Below, one piece after another: positions 60,401 to 64,000 of a stretch of DNA of 64,000 bases. Origin of the DNA: Podarcis pityusensis (lineage: Eukaryota); NCBI GenBank assembly GCA_964106645.2, contig OZ067039.1; one strand, given 5' to 3'. The position numbers and the translations under genes are program-made. Within the stretch, counting starts at the first letter, position 1, and every line of letters begins with the position of its first letter. Under the pieces are notes generated by a model. That model saw only the letters and a program-made list of their open reading frames with translations. It had not been told where the DNA came from and ran no database searches.

Positions 60401-63400
60401 CCCAGGGATTGTGTTTCTAAAGAAATGAGCCACAGCGGAGACTGTGATGTCTTTAGGGTATACGGTTTATTTACACATACTGTATATACAACCTGAGTCT
60501 ACGATGGAGGGGTTCAAAGCATTAACACTCCAAAAGGTTCTTGCCCCTCCCATGGCCATAGTCTTGGATGCCTGCAGAAATCAGCCATCACCCTCTGGTC
60601 AGCTTGCTATGTTTAACAGACTGCCACTTTTCTCTCGGGCTTGTTGACACAGCCAACAACTATTTTTTCTCCAACCGACGTCATCCCCAACTGCAATCCT
60701 AAAAACAACTGCTCTCCTTCCAGTTCTAAAACTCTACTTCAGAGGCTTTTGTCTTTCTAGCCAATTATGAGTTGAGAGAGGGGGTCGAGTATCTGACACC
60801 CAGGAATTATAAGCAGGGTCCAGGAATTAGAAAGGGAATTCAGGCACCCCACAAACGCATAACAATATTTTTTTGTGACTGCTCTCTTTTTTAGAGACAG
60901 TATATATGCAACTGCTTGGAGTAATGACTCTGATTGTGGCAGCTACATAAAGCACTGCCTTCGCCATGGCCATTAAGAAGCAACAGCTGTAGCCAGGGAA
61001 ATGCCCTCTCACAAAGAGAACACATTGGTGGAGCATCCCATTATGGCAGAATTGAAGATATTAATTGGTTGACTCATTAGCCAGTGTATTTTCACTAGAT
61101 TTGAAGTGATATTAGCCAGTTAGGAAAGAAATCACTTGGATCTTAATGGAAATTTTGTGAGCAGCTAAGCATATAACTACTTTCTTACTTTCGCCTTTTT
61201 ATTTTCTTACTGTGGCAGGCTATCAAAGCAGAAATCACGTTCTGAATTGACAGATGTTTCTGCTGTAGTTGCAGGTAAATAATGTTATTTAAAACAAACA
61301 AGTTGCAAGTTATGTGACACGACTAGCAGATTTGTTTTTGCTGTGTGCTTTTAAAATAACAAGTTCAGGCCACAGGGCCTGTGTATAATGATGATCCTGA
61401 AAGGTTGCCCCTCTTTGCCTGGCTTGGTGGCCCTCCTGGCATTGAAATTCCTTTAACTCAAACAGCTGCAGAGCCGAAGAAGAGGTGAACATGGAAGCCA
61501 GCACTAAAGCAGAATGAGGGAAGTAAACATGCCATTGCCTCTTCCTCAGTCAGGCAATTAGAACACTGCAAGGCATGGCAGGAACACTGACTGCAAACAG
61601 GGAAAATGCTGGCGGTTATTGAAAACAAAACGGCAAAATACAGTGGCTCCTCCTGGCTGCAGACTGCACCCCAGTCCTTCCTGGTTACCATGGCAACTGT
61701 GTTTGTGGACTCTTGAAAAGTGATTCATCCAGAGTAGCTCACCCCCACCCCATTTTCATACTTGCAGACACACATACTGTACCATTTAAGAATCTCATTC
61801 CACTAAAAAAAAGGGAAAGAAAGAGAAAATTGAGTGAAAAGGACAAGCCACATAGTGTTAAGGGGTGGTTAAAAGCTCAGAAATTGAGGCCGAATGAATG
61901 GCTCTGCAGATCAGCCAGTAAATGACTGCAGAACAGCCCATGACCCCCCAACTGCAGCACAAAATTGAGACAGAGAAGTAGCTGGGCCAATTTGCACAGT
62001 CAAATTGAAGAATTATTTTTCTTCCTGTTTTCTCAGGGAAACAAGTGTGCAAAATTTTGCCTGCAAAGGAAAAGACACCTGAATTGCAATCTTTTGGAGC
62101 CTCCTTATTGCCTCAAAAACAAACAAAAAAGGTGACGAGTTTAATGTTCATAGGTTGCTATGTGTGAATTGGGATAGTGGTGTGGTGGACAACTAACTGT
62201 AGTGACACAACCATGGAAAGATAGCTCGGTAGAGTATGAGACACTTAATCTCAGAGATGCCTGCATTGTAGGGGGTTGGACTACATGACCCACATGGTCC
62301 CATCCAACTCTACAATTCTATAATTTTATCCATCCTACCTATAGATGAATCTGGATAATAATCTCCAGTGTGATAATAATCTCCAGTTGACTGTAGTCCT
62401 TTCATTCATTTTTTTAAAAATCCAGTAAGGGATCATCATGGGTTTACTGGGGATGGGGCTGTAGTCCTGGCACACTTCCTGGCCCCATCTTTAGATGAGC
62501 ATTCTGTTACCCTGGATCAGTCACCCTGCCCAAGGGGCAGGGGCAAGAGCTCAAGCAGTAATCACATGACGGCAGCTTAGTGCCAGTGATGAGTGAAGGG
62601 GGCTACACTTGATGTTACAACTTCAGAATAGGTCATGCTATGGTGGCGCAGTGGGATTGTTAACCCTTCCCCTGCTTGCTGACTCTGCTCTCACAATTCT
62701 TCCTTGGTCCTCGCCATGCACTTTATGGGTCAGCTTTCTGTGTTCCATTGTAAATTGAATTATTTGGGTGGATAATGATTAAGCACCTCTTGTTTTCTTT
62801 CTTTTGAAGTTGGATTTCAAGTTGACCTTGTGGAAATCATGGAACATCCAATTATAAAATAGCAGAATTAAGGTTGTCCCTTCAACCTGTCTTAAATAGC
62901 CACCCAAATAAAAGTGTTCTGGTAACTTAGGCTCTAAATTTGGTAAACCTTTGGAGAAGGAAGCTGCTATACCTGAGGCATCTGCAAAAGAAACTCACTG
63001 GGCCCTAGTGGTACAAATTCAGTTTTTTCATATATTATAGAAAGGTGCTCCCAGCTTATCTTTCAACTAAGCTTTTTACATAATATGAAACCACTTCCCA
63101 TCTAGAATCACTAGTCAATGGCTATTACTTGTTCTTCTAAGTGGGTGTGGCTATCTTTTCTTCTGTGTAACTCCTTAAATAGTTGACAGTGTGAGTTCAG
63201 TGAAAAGGCCAAAGTAGAGGGGAAACCACTCCCTTGCAGAATTTTCCTTTTACAAATATGTTTGTGTGTGTGTGGTCTTGATCAAAATAAAGGGTGGCTT
63301 CTGTTCATGATGAAAAGAAAGCTATTTGTTAAAAGAAAAAACTGTGCAAAGACAAGCTTCATAACAGATATCTAGATTGCTCCTCACATTGCCCTTTTGG

Positions 63401-63969
63401 CCTCACACTGAGATTTTGGAATTGGGAATTGTTAGTGTTCTGTGCTGAGATCATTTGGAACGAATCTCATGTTTTTAGTGAACATAAAATGAGTCAAGCA
63501 CTCTATTGGCTGGCCGTCTTCCAGGGACTGTCATGTGATCCTAGTCCTAATGAAGTATAGTGCAGCGACTAAAACCTTGATTTAAATCTCATCTCTCCTC
63601 TGCCATGAGATTACAAGTTGGCCTTCAGCAAGCTGCTATCTCTTTCTCCCTCCCCTGCAACATGAGGATAATAAGTGAGAATTTCATCATGCTATTGTTC
63701 ATAAGAATTACTGAGATGTATACAAAGCGCTTCAATTGCTCAAAATGCTGTCTAAAACACTTTTAAGTACATCCCTTACAAGTGTTGATGATACTACTAT
63801 ACAATTCTTCATGTTTCTGTAGACTAAAGATCAGCAACCCAGGAAAATGAAGTGCACAAAAAGAGTACTGTTTTCCTCATCCTCATCCTCTCCTTATGTA
63901 TTGGGTCCAGCCAAGTTTTGCGGAATCGCAGCTGAAACCTTAGGCTCTGCACAGCCAGGTACTGGCATG
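51317..63969 (+). CDS. MEIKIN: Meiosis-specific kinetochore protein, 5' part (10 coding exons, 309 codons, continues past the window)
   Basis: Exons 51317-51419, 55391-55481, 55905-55983, 56978-57038, 58590-58730, 59536-59652, 60286-60322, 61219-61274, 62037-62131, 63823-63969 join in one open frame (927 nt). Motifs match recalled human MEIKIN: LRSYSRKRR (LRVYTRKKR), LPKIQE (LSKIAE), ENRS, SPEIFR (SPELFR), RNSTLLDTSKAINIDK (KNSTLLDTSKAVAIEK). Position downstream of ACSL6 on the same strand matches mammals. Confidence 0.88.
51646..51693. repeat. 24-bp tandem duplication
   Basis: ATGTACTCTTAATGTAGTCACT(T/C)T twice. Confidence 0.85.
53599..53745. mobile_element. hAT MITE with 8-bp TSD ATTCTACC
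   Basis: TIRs CAGTGCTTTTTT / AAAAAAGTACTG; TSD at 53591-53598 and 53746-53753. Confidence 0.88.
55391..55481 (+). CDS. MEIKIN: MEIKIN exon (GQIGNAFKKALPKIQEASGVTQMDCLSVEQ)
   Basis: Polypyrimidine tract with AG, donor AG|GTATAG, phase 1 to 2. Confidence 0.78.
55905..55983 (+). CDS. MEIKIN: MEIKIN exon (STELNENENRSMEVNKSINKMGTAVLK)
   Basis: Donor AAG|GTATGT, phase 2 to 0. Confidence 0.75.
56978..57038 (+). CDS. MEIKIN: MEIKIN exon (DSLHLSSASKESVRYSETTS)
   Basis: ttcttAG|GAT...CAG|GTGAGT, phase 0 to 1. Confidence 0.75.
57523..57664. mobile_element. hAT MITE with 8-bp TSD ATTATAAC
   Basis: TAGAGATTTG ... CACATCACTA ends; TSD at 57515-57522 and 57665-57672. Confidence 0.8.
58140..58350 (+). 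mobile_element. CORE/MIR-like squamate SINE
   Basis: GGTTCAAAT B box and the acctccctcacagggttattgtgagg core hairpin; a decayed relative lies at about 63570-63760. Confidence 0.55.
58590..58730 (+). CDS. MEIKIN: MEIKIN exon (GMTLPTGVSHFLLQCLDEESS...YSSPEIFRDENTL)
   Basis: 141 nt, phase 1/1; contains the conserved SPExFR motif. Confidence 0.88.
58897..59047 (-). mobile_element. tRNA-Lys-derived SINE with a CR1-type tail, nested in a hAT MITE
   Basis: Reverse complement AGCTGAGTCAGTAGACCATGAG...CAGGGTCATGGGTTTGAGCCCCATGTTGGGC resembles tRNA-Lys(CTT); MITE halves lie at about 58820-58896 and 59055-59095. Confidence 0.7.
59536..59652 (+). CDS. MEIKIN: MEIKIN exon (EKSTGPEECLGHRNSTLLDTSKAINIDKMPHVPNLSQIL)
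   Basis: 117 nt; NSTLLDTSKA matches the recalled human sequence. Confidence 0.92.
60286..60322 (+). CDS. MEIKIN: MEIKIN 37-nt exon (ETTLGKKDQSIT)
   Basis: ctcttctAG...AAG|GTAATA, phase 1 to 2; needed to keep the frame. Confidence 0.7.
60370..60798 (-). mobile_element. Possible solo LTR
   Basis: TG...CA ends and a - strand TGTGTAAATAAA poly(A) signal near 60470; no TSD found. Confidence 0.4.
61219..61274 (+). CDS. MEIKIN: MEIKIN exon (RLSKQKSRSELTDVSAVVA)
   Basis: Long pyrimidine tract, donor CAG|GTAAAT, phase 2 to 1. Confidence 0.72.
61684..61697. promoter_or_regulatory. Canonical 14-bp RFX X-box GTTACCATGGCAAC in a MEIKIN intron
   Basis: Exact match to GTTRCCATGGYAAC. Confidence 0.5.
62037..62131 (+). 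CDS. MEIKIN: MEIKIN exon (GKQVCKILPAKEKTPELQSFGASLLPQKQTKK)
   Basis: Strong acceptor; resembles human CEILLAEKTCPSTPEKTKKK; phase 1 to 0. Confidence 0.75.
62213..62325 (+). mobile_element. tRNA-Lys-derived SINE with an internal deletion and a CR1-type tail
   Basis: TAGCTCGGTAGAGTATGAGACACTTAATCTCAG...CCAACTCTACAATTCTATAATT. Confidence 0.7.
63823..63969 (+). CDS. MEIKIN: MEIKIN exon (TKDQQPRKMKCTKRVLFSSSSSPY...AQPGTGM)
   Basis: Open in phase 0; donor ATG|GTAAGT at 63970, with an alternative donor CAG|GTACTG after 63958. Confidence 0.65.
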
Positions 63970-64000
63970 GTAAGTTGTTTTCAACTGCTAAGCTTTAAGT

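Noticed and set aside
1-64000. Prokaryotic-type systems (CRISPR arrays, operons, defence islands)
   Set aside because: The window is intron-rich vertebrate DNA with no regularly spaced repeat-spacer array; the short direct duplications (near 9527, 21733 and 49838) are simple slippage events.

Overview
Eukaryotic vertebrate genomic DNA, almost certainly from a squamate and probably a lacertid lizard (full-length Sauria SINE, squamate CR1/L2/L1 fragments, hAT and Tc1-mariner MITEs). The ORF track is mostly noise because the genes are spliced. Two + strand genes were assembled by hand. (1) A complete ACSL6 (long-chain acyl-CoA synthetase 6): ATG 3010 to TGA 37341, 20 coding exons per isoform, 2097 nt, 698 aa, all introns GT-AG with consistent phases. 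It has two mutually exclusive 78-nt gate exons (F-gate 19409-19486, Y-gate 19550-19627) separated by only 63 nt, plus a candidate upstream coding exon (1624-1750). (2) The 5' part of MEIKIN (meiotic kinetochore factor): 10 coding exons, 309 codons, 51317-63969, running off the window. This order matches the mammalian ACSL6-MEIKIN-FNIP1 synteny. The most interesting signals are the splicing architecture around the gate exons, a dual-frame upstream exon, a conserved separase site with altered Polo-box motifs in lizard MEIKIN, RFX/MYB sites, splice acceptors that appear to be built from retroelement tails, and two retroelements inserted at the same site. I found no wholly new gene system. Comparisons with human proteins are from recalled sequences, not from a search.
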